DNA of 63,261 bases, taken from positions 1 through 63,261 of IMG/VR virus record IMGVR_UViG_3300033067_002102. One strand, given 5' to 3'. Position numbers and translations under genes: made by a program. Shown piece after piece: positions 1 to 7,434 of this stretch (position 1 is its first letter; each line of letters opens with the position of its first letter). The notes under the pieces are model-generated. The model had not been told where the DNA came from, did not search any database, and was given only the letters and a program-made list of their open reading frames with translations. Origin of the DNA: a virus. Its lineage: Duplodnaviria; Caudoviricetes.

Positions 1-153
1 GTCATAGCGGCTCACGTCCGTGTGGTCCGCGTAGTTCACCACATCGAATTCAAACGCGCCGCCCGCTTGCTCGCGCAGTACGGAGAGCGGCGAGACGATG
101 CGCCACCAGCACGTGCCGTCCTTCGGGTCCGGGGCAATGACAAGCACCTTCAT
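1..153 (-). CDS. N-terminal 51 codons of GT-B (GT4-like) glycosyltransferase; continues at 63261
   Basis: ATG at 153 overlaps TGA of the upstream gene (ATGA); MKVLVIAPDPKDGTCWWRIVSPL...DVSRYD joins in frame to LLILQRP... at the window end. Confidence 0.88.
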   Translation of the reverse strand, partial: MKVLVIAPDPKDGTCWWRIVSPLSVLREQAGGAFEFDVVNYADHTDVSRYD

Positions 154-590
154 CGCGCACGCTCGCGCTTCTGCTTGGCGCGTTCACGGTCTTCGGCCTC
201 CAGCTCCAAGCGGTCCTCTTCGGCCTTTTTGAGCGCGTCCACTTCGGCCCACGATGCAACCGCGAAGCGATACTCCACGGCAATGCCGAGTTGGCGCGCG
301 AGGTCGCCCACAGCGCGCACCGCTTCACGGCGCGCGATGCCCGCTTGAAACTCCTCTTCGTCTTGATGCTTGGCGAGCGTCTTGGCCCACTTCTCGCGCG
401 GCACCGGCTTCTCCACGACGATGAGCCGGATGATGTTTTGTGGCGGCGGAGCCTTTTTGAAGAAGCCCTTGGGCGCGGCTGGGATGTAGTTGTCCAGTTG
501 AACCGCTAGCGCATGCACGTAGGAGTGGTTTTTGACCACCGCCTCCACGAGCTGCTCTTTTGCGGCCTCGAAATCGAAAACACCTTGCAT
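150..590 (-). CDS. Hypothetical protein (146 aa)
   Basis: AGGAG RBS upstream; fits the minus-strand gene string. Confidence 0.75.
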   Translation of the reverse strand: MQGVFDFEAAKEQLVEAVVKNHSYVHALAVQLDNYIPAAPKGFFKKAPPPQNIIRLIVVEKPVPREKWAKTLAKHQDEEEFQAGIARREAVRAVGDLARQLGIAVEYRFAVASWAEVDALKKAEEDRLELEAEDRERAKQKRERAR

Positions 591-603
591 GATTCGGCTC
601 CTT

Positions 604-915
604 TTATTCTTCGAGATAGATGGCGGTCACCACGCCCGAGTGCGGGTGACGTTCCACACCCGCGAACGCATAGGTGCGGGTGCGTTGTTTGAAGTCCTCG
701 TCCTCTGGCTTCGGCGCTTCGCGCGTGTCTTGGCCGGGCGCCACAAGCGTGGACTGGAGCTGGCGGTGGACCTTGCGCGAGAGCATCGTGTCCGAGCCGT
801 AGGGCTGCTCCAGCGAGAGTCCGTCACGAGCGATGAAGCGCACGAAGTGGACAACAGTCGGCGCCTTGCCGCGCTCCGCGAGCGGGCTATTGAAAGGGAT
901 GATGGGCGGGGTCAT
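604..915 (-). CDS. Hypothetical protein (103 aa)
   Basis: GGAGG RBS; operon packing. Confidence 0.7.
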   Translation of the reverse strand: MTPPIIPFNSPLAERGKAPTVVHFVRFIARDGLSLEQPYGSDTMLSRKVHRQLQSTLVAPGQDTREAPKPEDEDFKQRTRTYAFAGVERHPHSGVVTAIYLEE

Positions 916-941
916 TGTTCCTCCAAGGGTGAGAGCGTGGG

Positions 942-1484
942 TTAGTTGACGTAGCCGTTTTCACCGGGCTGCGCGAGCAACTCCGGGCGCTTTTGAATGA
1001 GGCGCTCCGCGGCGCGAAGCATGAAGCCGAGCGGGTTCTCCACGTGGCGCACATCGCGCCGCGGGACCGCGACGTGGCCGCTTATGCCGCGGGCGTGGAA
1101 GGTTTCAGAGACCGGGCAATACCAGATGTCCGCGGCCAGCTCGCCCACGTGCACCACGCCGAGGTGCGCGCAGCACGTGCCGCGCTCTTGCGTGCCGTAG
1201 ACCGGTTGCTCATGGTAGAAAACCACGGTCCCATAGTCTTGCCCGGCCGGCGTACACACTGGCGTGAAGCTCACTGACACGTTGCCACGCTCGACAAGCG
1301 CGCTCGTGCACTTCGCTACGGCCGCCTCCATGCTGCTCTGGACGTGCTCATCGTCACGCTCGCCGGACGTGTGGAGCTGCTTTGCGCAAGCGTTCAACTC
1401 GCGCATCATGTCCGCGCCGTAAAGCGCCCACAGCTCGGGCTTGCGGGCCCGGAGCTTTTGCATTTCGCTTTGCGGCTCGTTCAT
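942..1484 (-). CDS. Hypothetical protein (180 aa; start re-called at MNEPQSE)
   Basis: GGAGG RBS; ATGA overlap with upstream stop. Confidence 0.7.
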   Translation of the reverse strand: MNEPQSEMQKLRARKPELWALYGADMMRELNACAKQLHTSGERDDEHVQSSMEAAVAKCTSALVERGNVSVSFTPVCTPAGQDYGTVVFYHEQPVYGTQERGTCCAHLGVVHVGELAADIWYCPVSETFHARGISGHVAVPRRDVRHVENPLGFMLRAAERLIQKRPELLAQPGENGYVN

Positions 1485-2005
1485 ATGCCGGCCTCCGTCG
1501 CCAAGCGCTTCCACTCCAGATAGGCCACGAGGAGGAGCGAGTAATTCGAGAGGTCGCGGAGCGTGTCCTTGATGCTCTCGTCCTTCACGTGCGTTTTGCC
1601 GCTCTTCAAAATGTTGTTGATGCGGCAGAGCTTGTCCGTCATGCGCGTGAGGAAGCCTTGCTCCGTCGTCGCGATGCCGAGCAACTCCACGCGCGTGAAG
1701 TTGGCGAAGGGGTCCGAGTCCGCCCCGGCATAGTCCGCGTTTTTGGCGCGAGCGATAGCCAACATTTGCGCCATCTCCTTCTCCAAGAAGGGGATGAGCT
1801 GAAAGTCTTGGCGCTTGCGGAGCAAGCCCGCGGCGCGCTCGATGAGGTCGTCCGCCGTCATGCGCTCGCCCGGCTCGGGGAGCGGGCACTCGTTGTGATG
1901 TTCGTGCGCGTCCGCTGTGTCTGTGAACGTGGCGCCGCACGAGCACCCCGCCACCACTTCTTTTTTCTGTAGGTCGTTCATCGGTCTTTCCCAGTCCCTC
2001 TCCAT
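1481..2005 (-). CDS. DUF1599 / nucleotide-modification-associated domain 1 (Nmad1) protein
   Basis: KNADYAG..DPFANF...RMTDKLCRI...DESIKDTLRDLSNY motifs; start may instead be 1981. Confidence 0.8.
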   Translation of the reverse strand: MERDWERPMNDLQKKEVVAGCSCGATFTDTADAHEHHNECPLPEPGERMTADDLIERAAGLLRKRQDFQLIPFLEKEMAQMLAIARAKNADYAGADSDPFANFTRVELLGIATTEQGFLTRMTDKLCRINNILKSGKTHVKDESIKDTLRDLSNYSLLLVAYLEWKRLATEAGI

Positions 2006-2006
2006 G

Positions 2007-2258
2007 TTAGGTGTCCATCGTCTGTGGCGGCTTCTTGAAAATCGGCATGATGTGCTTGCCCCAGCACTCGTAACAAACATCGTAGCTTTCGCGTTCGGAG
2101 GCGTCCGGGTAGATGTACATCACCCGCTCCACCGTCGTGTCGTATTGACGCCCGAAGACGCGGTCTTGCTTCTCCAAGTCATCGCCGCAGAGGTCGCAAA
2201 AGAGCGTTTCCTCTTTCTCCTCGCGCATGACCTTCTTGACCTTGACCGTGCGGCTCAT
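2007..2258 (-). CDS. Small zinc-binding protein (CDLC...CYEC)
   Basis: Two CxxC pairs; ATGA overlap. Confidence 0.65.
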   Translation of the reverse strand: MSRTVKVKKVMREEKEETLFCDLCGDDLEKQDRVFGRQYDTTVERVMYIYPDASERESYDVCYECWGKHIMPIFKKPPQTMDT

Positions 2259-2518
2259 CGAGCACCGCCGCGGCGCTTCCAGTCGTGGCGCTTCCGCCAC
2301 GCCGTGGCCAAGATTTTGACGTACAACTCATCGCCGGCCAGCGCTTCAAGGATGACTTTCTCCGAGAGCTTCTCCACGCTGATGAATCGCGCGACCGCAG
2401 CCCGGAGGCGGGGCCAGCGGATACGTACCATTGTGCGGTTCAAGTCTACGCCGGAGCGCAAAAGCCTGGCAGTGCGCGGCGTCCGCATCGCCTCCATTAT
2501 CCCCTCGTGACCCTGCAT
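2255..2518 (-). CDS. Hypothetical protein
   Basis: GGAGGAG RBS; stop overlaps next start. Confidence 0.55.
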   Translation of the reverse strand: MQGHEGIMEAMRTPRTARLLRSGVDLNRTMVRIRWPRLRAAVARFISVEKLSEKVILEALAGDELYVKILATAWRKRHDWKRRGGAR

Positions 2519-2681
2519 TTTCCAACTCCTCCATCGCGCGCTGATAAGCGCGCTTCGTGTCCGTTGCCACCTTCCACGCCGCGGTCCCGTGCGCGGCGAG
2601 CGTCGCACCAGCGACCGCTACAGGGGCGCAACCCTGTAGAGTCGCGAGCGCTAATAACCAAACAGCCGGGCGCGCAACCAT
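2346..2681 (-). CDS. Possible lipoprotein (MVARPAVWLLALATLQGC)
   Basis: Lipobox-like LQGC after a hydrophobic stretch; overlaps 2255-2518 in another frame, so uncertain. Confidence 0.4.
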   Translation of the reverse strand: MVARPAVWLLALATLQGCAPVAVAGATLAAHGTAAWKVATDTKRAYQRAMEELENAGSRGDNGGDADAAHCQAFALRRRLEPHNGTYPLAPPPGCGRAIHQRGEALGESHP

Positions 2682-2755
2682 GTGTAAACCCACCGCGAGC
2701 ACCAGCCGCCGAAGAAGCCGACGATGAGGCTCATGTGCCATTCGTGGAAGTGCAT
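2651..2755 (-). CDS. Possible 34-aa membrane peptide (MHFHEWHMSLIVGFFGGWCSRWVYTWLRARLFGY)
   Basis: Translated by hand; GGAG RBS; start abuts upstream stop; below ORF-track size cutoff. Confidence 0.45.
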   Translation of the reverse strand: MHFHEWHMSLIVGFFGGWCSRWVYTWLRARLFGY

Positions 2756-2970
2756 CACTGCTCCCCGTTCGTGGCTTCATATAGCTCGGCCCTATCTTGC
2801 ACCTCAGTGCAAAAGCCCACGGACTCGGCGCCCATCGCCACCACGAGCTTGTAGGCCAGGGAGTTGTGAAGGCTCCCGCTCCGCTCGTAAACGCCCACGT
2901 TGATGAGGCTCACGAGCTGCTCCGCTTCGTGCTCATTGAGCGTGAGTTTGACCTCTCGTAGCTCGCTCAT
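2755..2970 (-). CDS. Hypothetical protein (71 aa)
   Basis: GGAGG RBS; ATGA overlap. Confidence 0.7.
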   Translation of the reverse strand: MSELREVKLTLNEHEAEQLVSLINVGVYERSGSLHNSLAYKLVVAMGAESVGFCTEVQDRAELYEATNGEQ

Positions 2971-3599
2971 GACGCCTCCCGTTGCGAAGCGGTCACGCGC
3001 ACGGTGCGGTTGTCGGTCACGGCCACGCCAAACTTCGCGGCGTTCTCGGGCGTGATTTCTTCGGCGTCAACCGCCGCTTGGAGCGCGTCCTCGTCCACCA
3101 CGAGCTTGAAAAACTTCTTGGGCAACTTCTCGCGGTCGATAACTTCCACGTCCATCTTGCCCACGAACGCGATGCCCTTGACCTTCGGTGGGAGGACGGC
3201 TTCGGCGTCCGATTGGAGCGCTCGCGCCTTCGTCGCGTCCTTCTTGCCGAGCTTCGTGGCTTCACGCATGAGCTTGAGGCGCTCGGACTCTCGCGCCACG
3301 TTATACTCGCGCACGAGCCCCTTGGCGGTCTCTTCGAGCACCGCGAGCGCGTCCTCCGCGGGCTTACACCACTTGTTGACCGCGGCGATGATGGCCTTGG
3401 CTGGCCCGACGATTTCGTCCTTGCGCGCGGCCACGGCCTTCTTCTTGGTCGCGACCTCAAAGAGGATGTCACACACGCCCTTGTAGTCGGCGTCATCCTT
3501 GACGGGGAGCCCGCTCAAGAGGTTCGTGCTGTGCGCGACCTCCGTCTTGACCGTGGCCACATACTCTTGCACCGGCTGCTCATTCACTTCTGCTTTCAT
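2967..3599 (-). CDS. Coiled-coil phage protein, Gp157/DUF1351-like architecture
   Basis: Long amphipathic helices then EVIDREKLPKKFFKLVVDE motif typical of such phage proteins. Confidence 0.55.
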   Translation of the reverse strand: MKAEVNEQPVQEYVATVKTEVAHSTNLLSGLPVKDDADYKGVCDILFEVATKKKAVAARKDEIVGPAKAIIAAVNKWCKPAEDALAVLEETAKGLVREYNVARESERLKLMREATKLGKKDATKARALQSDAEAVLPPKVKGIAFVGKMDVEVIDREKLPKKFFKLVVDEDALQAAVDAEEITPENAAKFGVAVTDNRTVRVTASQREAS

Positions 3600-3640
3600 C
3601 GTTCGTTCTCCTCTTGCTGTAGTTGTTAAAGCCGCTTGCG

Positions 3641-3669
3641 GTTCTATCCTACGCGCCTCGCTTCGTCAA
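3641..3669 (-). promoter_or_regulatory. Sigma70-like promoter TTGACG-N17-TAGAAC
   Basis: Shares TTGACG and GGATAGAA with the element at 4120-4148; lies upstream of the 3599 start. Confidence 0.55.
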
Positions 3670-3819
3670 GTAGTCTTCCAAGATGATGTTCACTTTCTCG
3701 GACTCCGAGAGCTTCGGCATGACCTTCTTGAGGCGTTCACGGAGGGCCGTGTAACACCGCACGTAAATCACCGAATCGAAACCCGGCACCTTGTTCTTAC
3801 TGCCTGCTTTGCGCGCCAT
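3649..3819 (-). CDS. 56-aa ribbon-helix-helix-like DNA-binding protein (not in ORF track)
   Basis: MARKAGSKNKVPGFDSVIYVRCYTALRERLKKVMPKLSESEKVNIILEDYLTKRGA; AAGGAG RBS; strand-helix-helix pattern. Confidence 0.6.
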   Translation of the reverse strand: MARKAGSKNKVPGFDSVIYVRCYTALRERLKKVMPKLSESEKVNIILEDYLTKRGA

Positions 3820-3837
3820 CTTCTTCTCCTTCTGGGG

Positions 3838-4086
3838 TTACTTGTTCGTGACCGCGTACTTCACGCGGTCGAAACGCTCCAACTGTTTGCGGAGCTTTTG
3901 AGCGTCTTTTGCGGTCAACTCCGGCTCAATGCCGAGCTGGGTATTGACCCAGGTTTTCAGCTCGGCGAGGACCTTGTCCGGGTCCTCCTTTGCGCCCACT
4001 TCGGCCTCCGCTTCCACGCGTTCGGCCTCGTAGTTGCCGAGGTTGCTGACCCGTTGATACATAACTTTCGTGATTTTCAATGCCAT
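3838..4086 (-). CDS. Hypothetical protein (82 aa)
   Basis: AAGGAG RBS; NLGNYE motif common in small phage proteins. Confidence 0.75.
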   Translation of the reverse strand: MALKITKVMYQRVSNLGNYEAERVEAEAEVGAKEDPDKVLAELKTWVNTQLGIEPELTAKDAQKLRKQLERFDRVKYAVTNK

Positions 4087-4119
4087 GACCCTTCTCCTTT
4101 TGTGTTTCTGCCGTTAGCG

Positions 4120-4148
4120 CTTCTATCCGATAAATCCGCGAGCGTCAA
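4120..4148 (-). promoter_or_regulatory. Sigma70-like promoter TTGACG-N17-TAGAAG
   Basis: Same geometry as 3641-3669. Confidence 0.55.
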
Positions 4149-4339
4149 ACCTTGCGCTCACCCCTTGTTGCCCACCAATAGCAGCCGGGCTCGTGGTCCG
4201 GCTTGAGCTGCTCCCAGCTCGCGTCATCGTTGACCGTCGGTATCATCCCGGCGCGGAGCCCGGCGTGCCTCATGTACGCAAGCACCTTCATGTAGCGCTT
4301 GCAGTACGGGCACGAGCGTTGCTCTTGCTCTCGTGTCAT
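4145..4339 (-). CDS. Small Cys/His protein (CPYC...HEPGC)
   Basis: ATGA overlap; RBS. Confidence 0.6.
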   Translation of the reverse strand: MTREQEQRSCPYCKRYMKVLAYMRHAGLRAGMIPTVNDDASWEQLKPDHEPGCYWWATRGERKV

Positions 4340-4575
4340 GGTCGTTCCTTTCTGCGGCATCCGTGCCGCGCCTCGTGTTGCTCTACGTTCTCTCGCGCCT
4401 CGTCAACGGCGCGCTTCATGCTCGGCCACCACTCGCCCGAGCTGAGTGACGAGCCGCACGTGCAATCGACGAACGCGAAAAACTCCATACCGTGCCGCGC
4501 CTTCTTATCCGTGCGGCCCATCAAGCGCACCTTGCGCCCGTCCGCCAGCTTCCCAAACGTCTCTTCGTAAGCCAT
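4336..4575 (-). CDS. Hypothetical protein (MAYEETFGK)
   Basis: AAGGGAG RBS directly after the repeated hairpin element. Confidence 0.65.
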   Translation of the reverse strand: MAYEETFGKLADGRKVRLMGRTDKKARHGMEFFAFVDCTCGSSLSSGEWWPSMKRAVDEARENVEQHEARHGCRRKERP

Positions 4576-4591
4576 TGCCCGCTCCCTTGTT

Positions 4592-4647
4592 GTTCGGCCG
4601 TTCAATCGGGCCGCCGAGTCTCCTCGGCGACCCTCAGAACATCCGAC
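4592..4647 (-). ncRNA. Repeated structured RNA-like element, copy 1
   Basis: GTCGGATGTTC-TGA-GGGTCGCCGAG-GAGA-CTCGGCGGCCC-GATT-GAAC-GGCCGAAC; same fold as copies 2 and 3 with a different stem sequence. Confidence 0.7.
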
Positions 4648-4648
4648 G

Positions 4649-4855
4649 CTAGGCGATGATGGCGCCGGCCTCGAAGCCCTGCGCCCACTCGCGCGCCCAT
4701 TGCGCGGTCGCGAAGAACGCTTGGCCGAGCATCACGCCGTCCCGGGCCACGCGGACTTCGTAAGCCGTACCGCCGAGCACCTTCGTGTAGCTCCGAATCA
4801 TCGCCCGCAAACCGCCCGCCAGCTCCATGTGCTCAACCGTGTGTTTCGTATTCAT
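4649..4855 (-). CDS. Hypothetical early protein (68 aa), probably leaderless
   Basis: ATG lies 7 nt after the -10 box of the repeated promoter. Confidence 0.75.
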   Translation of the reverse strand: MNTKHTVEHMELAGGLRAMIRSYTKVLGGTAYEVRVARDGVMLGQAFFATAQWAREWAQGFEAGAIIA

Positions 4856-4900
4856 GAGAGGTACTCTACTCCTCTAAAATAAAAGTGCAAGCTCTTTTAT
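4851..4900 (-). promoter_or_regulatory. Early promoter repeat A: AT-rich-AAGAGC-TTGCAC-N16-TAGAGT-N7-ATG
   Basis: 50 bp identical to 5958-6007; AT-rich island in a GC-rich genome. Confidence 0.8.
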
Positions 4901-5121
4901 TAAAATTTTTCTACCATCTCCACGTCCAGCGTCTCCACGTCGCAATCCGTAGTCCACGTGCGGATGATGCCGGTCCATAGCTCCACGACCTTGAACGGGC
5001 CGTCCTCGGCGCGCTTCTCCACCACGGCCATGTAAGGGCCTTGATGCTCGCGCATGAAGACGGTCCCCGGTGTGAGCCGAAAGAAGCGGTCCTTGATGCG
5101 GGTCGGCGTGCGGAACCTCAC
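4900..5121 (-). CDS. Hypothetical protein (GTG start)
   Basis: GTGA overlap with upstream stop. Confidence 0.6.
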   Translation of the reverse strand: MRFRTPTRIKDRFFRLTPGTVFMREHQGPYMAVVEKRAEDGPFKVVELWTGIIRTWTTDCDVETLDVEMVEKF

Positions 5122-5360
5122 GAGCGCCTCACCTTCTCGGCCATCAGGCTCGCGAGCGTAAAGTCCGAGTTGATGCCGAAATCGTCTTGCGGGTCGCCAT
5201 TCATCTCGTGGTATTGCCGCGAGAGGTCGCGAAGCTCCGCGGCCGTGAACAACTCCGCCCATTCGTCGGGCAAATCGTTACAGCCGTTGTTGCTCAATTC
5301 GTCGTAGAGCCGGTCCAACATGCGCGCCACTAGCTCTTTCTCTTTTTCGCTTAGCTTCAT
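5118..5360 (-). CDS. Acidic hypothetical protein (MKLSEKEK)
   Basis: AGGAG RBS. Confidence 0.7.
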   Translation of the reverse strand: MKLSEKEKELVARMLDRLYDELSNNGCNDLPDEWAELFTAAELRDLSRQYHEMNGDPQDDFGINSDFTLASLMAEKVRRS

Positions 5361-5371
5361 CTCTTCGTCTC

Positions 5372-5590
5372 CTAGTAGGTGTGTCCACAGTAAATGCACG
5401 GCGCCGCCCACGACCCGTCCCGGTCATTGTAGCCTTGCGCCGGGTGCTTGTGTTTGCACGTGTCGCGCACGGCCTTGAGAAGGCCGCGGAGCGCTCGCAC
5501 CTCGTGCTCCGCTTGCGCGAGCGCCGCACTGATGCGGTCGGTCTCCTCTTTCATCCGCGTTTGCTCTACGGGCAACGTAACCGAAATCAT
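5372..5590 (-). CDS. Small protein with Cys/His cluster
   Basis: AAGGAG RBS; CKHKH...CIYCG. Confidence 0.65.
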   Translation of the reverse strand: MISVTLPVEQTRMKEETDRISAALAQAEHEVRALRGLLKAVRDTCKHKHPAQGYNDRDGSWAAPCIYCGHTY

Positions 5591-5602
5591 ACATAGCTCC
5601 TT

Positions 5603-5659
5603 GTTCAGCCGTTCAATCGGGCGCCGGAGTCTCGCTCCGGCGCCCTCAGAACCTCCGAA
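5603..5659 (-). ncRNA. Repeated structured RNA-like element, copy 2
   Basis: TTCGGAGGTTC-TGA-GGGCGCCGGAG-CGAGA-CTCCGGCGCCC-GATT-GAAC-GGCTGAAC. Confidence 0.7.
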
Positions 5660-5962
5660 TCAAAGCGAGAGGTAGAGGCCGGTCGCGGACTCCACGACGC
5701 GGCGGAGCGAGTCCGCGTAGACATCCGAGGCCACGTGCGTCTCTTCATAGGCCGCGTTGAACACGGACACGCTGTAGGTGTCGGTCGCGTCCAGCGTGAT
5801 GCAAACCGCCTTCACCTTCTTGTTGTTGCGGCCCACCTTGAACGTGAGGCTATGGCTACCGCCGATGAAGTCCTTGGCGCCGGCCATCACCTTGAGCTTC
5901 GCAGCTCCGCCGAGTTGAGCGAGAATCGTTTGCGCGACAGGCATTGTGTTTTGTGTGTTCAT
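5660..5962 (-). CDS. Conserved-looking phage early protein (ILAQLGG...DTY...DVY...TGLYLSL), probably leaderless
   Basis: Pattern resembles a widespread uncharacterised phage family; ATG 7 nt after -10 box. Confidence 0.8.
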   Translation of the reverse strand: MNTQNTMPVAQTILAQLGGAAKLKVMAGAKDFIGGSHSLTFKVGRNNKKVKAVCITLDATDTYSVSVFNAAYEETHVASDVYADSLRRVVESATGLYLSL

Positions 5963-6007
5963 GAGAGGTACTCTACTCCTCTAAAATAAAAGTGCAAGCT
6001 CTTTTAT
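5958..6007 (-). promoter_or_regulatory. Early promoter repeat B (identical to 4851-4900)
   Basis: 50-bp direct repeat. Confidence 0.8.
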
Positions 6008-6014
6008 AAAAATA

Positions 6015-6072
6015 GTTCGGCCGTTCAATCGGGCGCCGGAGTCTCGCTCCGGCGCCCTCAGAACCTCCGAAC
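6015..6072 (-). ncRNA. Repeated structured RNA-like element, copy 3
   Basis: Nearly identical to copy 2; begins immediately after the DUF932 stop codon. Confidence 0.7.
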
Positions 6073-6073
6073 G

Positions 6074-7237
6074 TTACGCCACCATATCCATCAGCTTGCC
6101 CGCGCGGGTTTCCAAGTCCGTGCGGTCATCAGCGTTCGCGATGTCACGCGCCACGGCGGTCAAGCCTTGCTCCACGTTCCACAGGGAGAGCGGGTTGCCG
6201 GGGCGGGTCTCAGCGTAATCAAGCGCTTCGGCCACTTGCGTTTGCGTGAACTTCATCCCCGCAAGCTTCGCCTTCACCGCCTTGACGTTGTCGCCGAGCG
6301 TGAGGTCTTGTGCGCGTCGAATCATCTCCACAGTGCTTTGCGTGCCGCTCTCCAAGTAGCGGGTGAGCGCCGGGCGAGCTTCGCGCAAGAAGCGGTCAGG
6401 CGCACCGGCCGTGTGACGGATACGCAACTCCTTGAAGTCCCGCACGCCCCACACGTTGCGGTTGTCGCAAACGTGGTCATAGAGGAACGAGGCGAGCACG
6501 AGCGAACCGTGCATGGTCTCAGAGTTGCTCACGTAGAAGCCGCGGAACAACTCGTGGCCGGGCTCGCCGGGCACTTCGATGGGGTGCGAGTCATCCACGA
6601 GGAACACGAACACGTCACGGTCAGAGGCATAGAGCGTGGTCGCGCGCTTCGGGTCCTTTGCCGCGTAGCTCGCGCTCGGGACCTTCCACTCCGGGCCACA
6701 GTTGCGCATGACGGCGTCCACCACCTCGATGTCCCAGATACGGCCGTAGCTCGGGCTCGTGATGCACCGCGCTTGTGTGGGCGTCTCCGAGCCCGCGAGG
6801 TCGTCACGCGTGATGAGGAGCTTAGCGTCTTGGCGCTCTGCCTTGCTCAAGCTGTAGCTCAGGTTGAGCGCGGCGAGTGGTGCCGGGAGCTTGCGGAGGT
6901 ACGCGGCCGGCACTTGGGCGCGTGAGCAGAGCTGACCAAAGCTCGCGTGGGTGAGGCGAGCGCCCGAGCCGCCCTTATCCTTGTTGAATACCACGACCTC
7001 TTGCTCCATGCCGTCCGCGTCCTTGTCGGCGGCGCGCACGTCGAAACGCTCCAGGGCCGCGCCCGGAAGCTCGCGGCTACGGTTGCGGCGGTCCAAGACC
7101 GAGGCGCGGAGCGTGGCCATGTCCACAAAGCGCTGGTCATCGGGGCGGCTCGCCCACTGGCGCGAGACGGTGCCGAGGACGGCCATTTCTTTCACTTCGC
7201 GGACTTGGACGGGGCTGGTTTCGGTTTGCGTGTTCAT
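6074..7237 (-). CDS. DUF932 family protein
   Basis: VSRQWASRPDDQRF, ITSPSYGRIWD, TLYASDRDVFVFLVD, RGFYVSNSE, VCDNRNVWG. Confidence 0.85.
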   Translation of the reverse strand: MNTQTETSPVQVREVKEMAVLGTVSRQWASRPDDQRFVDMATLRASVLDRRNRSRELPGAALERFDVRAADKDADGMEQEVVVFNKDKGGSGARLTHASFGQLCSRAQVPAAYLRKLPAPLAALNLSYSLSKAERQDAKLLITRDDLAGSETPTQARCITSPSYGRIWDIEVVDAVMRNCGPEWKVPSASYAAKDPKRATTLYASDRDVFVFLVDDSHPIEVPGEPGHELFRGFYVSNSETMHGSLVLASFLYDHVCDNRNVWGVRDFKELRIRHTAGAPDRFLREARPALTRYLESGTQSTVEMIRRAQDLTLGDNVKAVKAKLAGMKFTQTQVAEALDYAETRPGNPLSLWNVEQGLTAVARDIANADDRTDLETRAGKLMDMVA

Positions 7238-7303
7238 CTTCGTATCTCCTTCGGTCGGCGGCTTCCGGGACCATCCCGGACGGCGTCAACCGTTGATAGA
7301 GAC

Positions 7304-7337
7304 ACTTTACACTAACCAAATTAAACCGCAAGCTCTT
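7304..7337 (-). promoter_or_regulatory. Early promoter variant AAGAGC-TTGCGG-N16-TAAAGT
   Basis: Same geometry as repeats A/B; AT-rich upstream tract. Confidence 0.7.
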
Positions 7338-7434
7338 CTATGCTCTTTTTTGAAAAATAATTTAGCTTGCGTTTCTATTCTAGGTGTTCTAGGGGCGGTA
7401 GCCGAAGGGTGCGGGCTCGCGCTTCGAGGGGCGC

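Noticed and set aside
5603-5659. Hammerhead ribozyme or canonical kink-turn reading of the repeated hairpin
   Set aside because: Contains CTGA but no CUGANGA/GAAA three-way core; the k-turn register needs a 4-nt bulge and poor flanking pairs
4592-6072. Early repeats as a CRISPR array or mini-array
   Set aside because: Spacing is 0.4-1 kb and filled with genes; no cas operon
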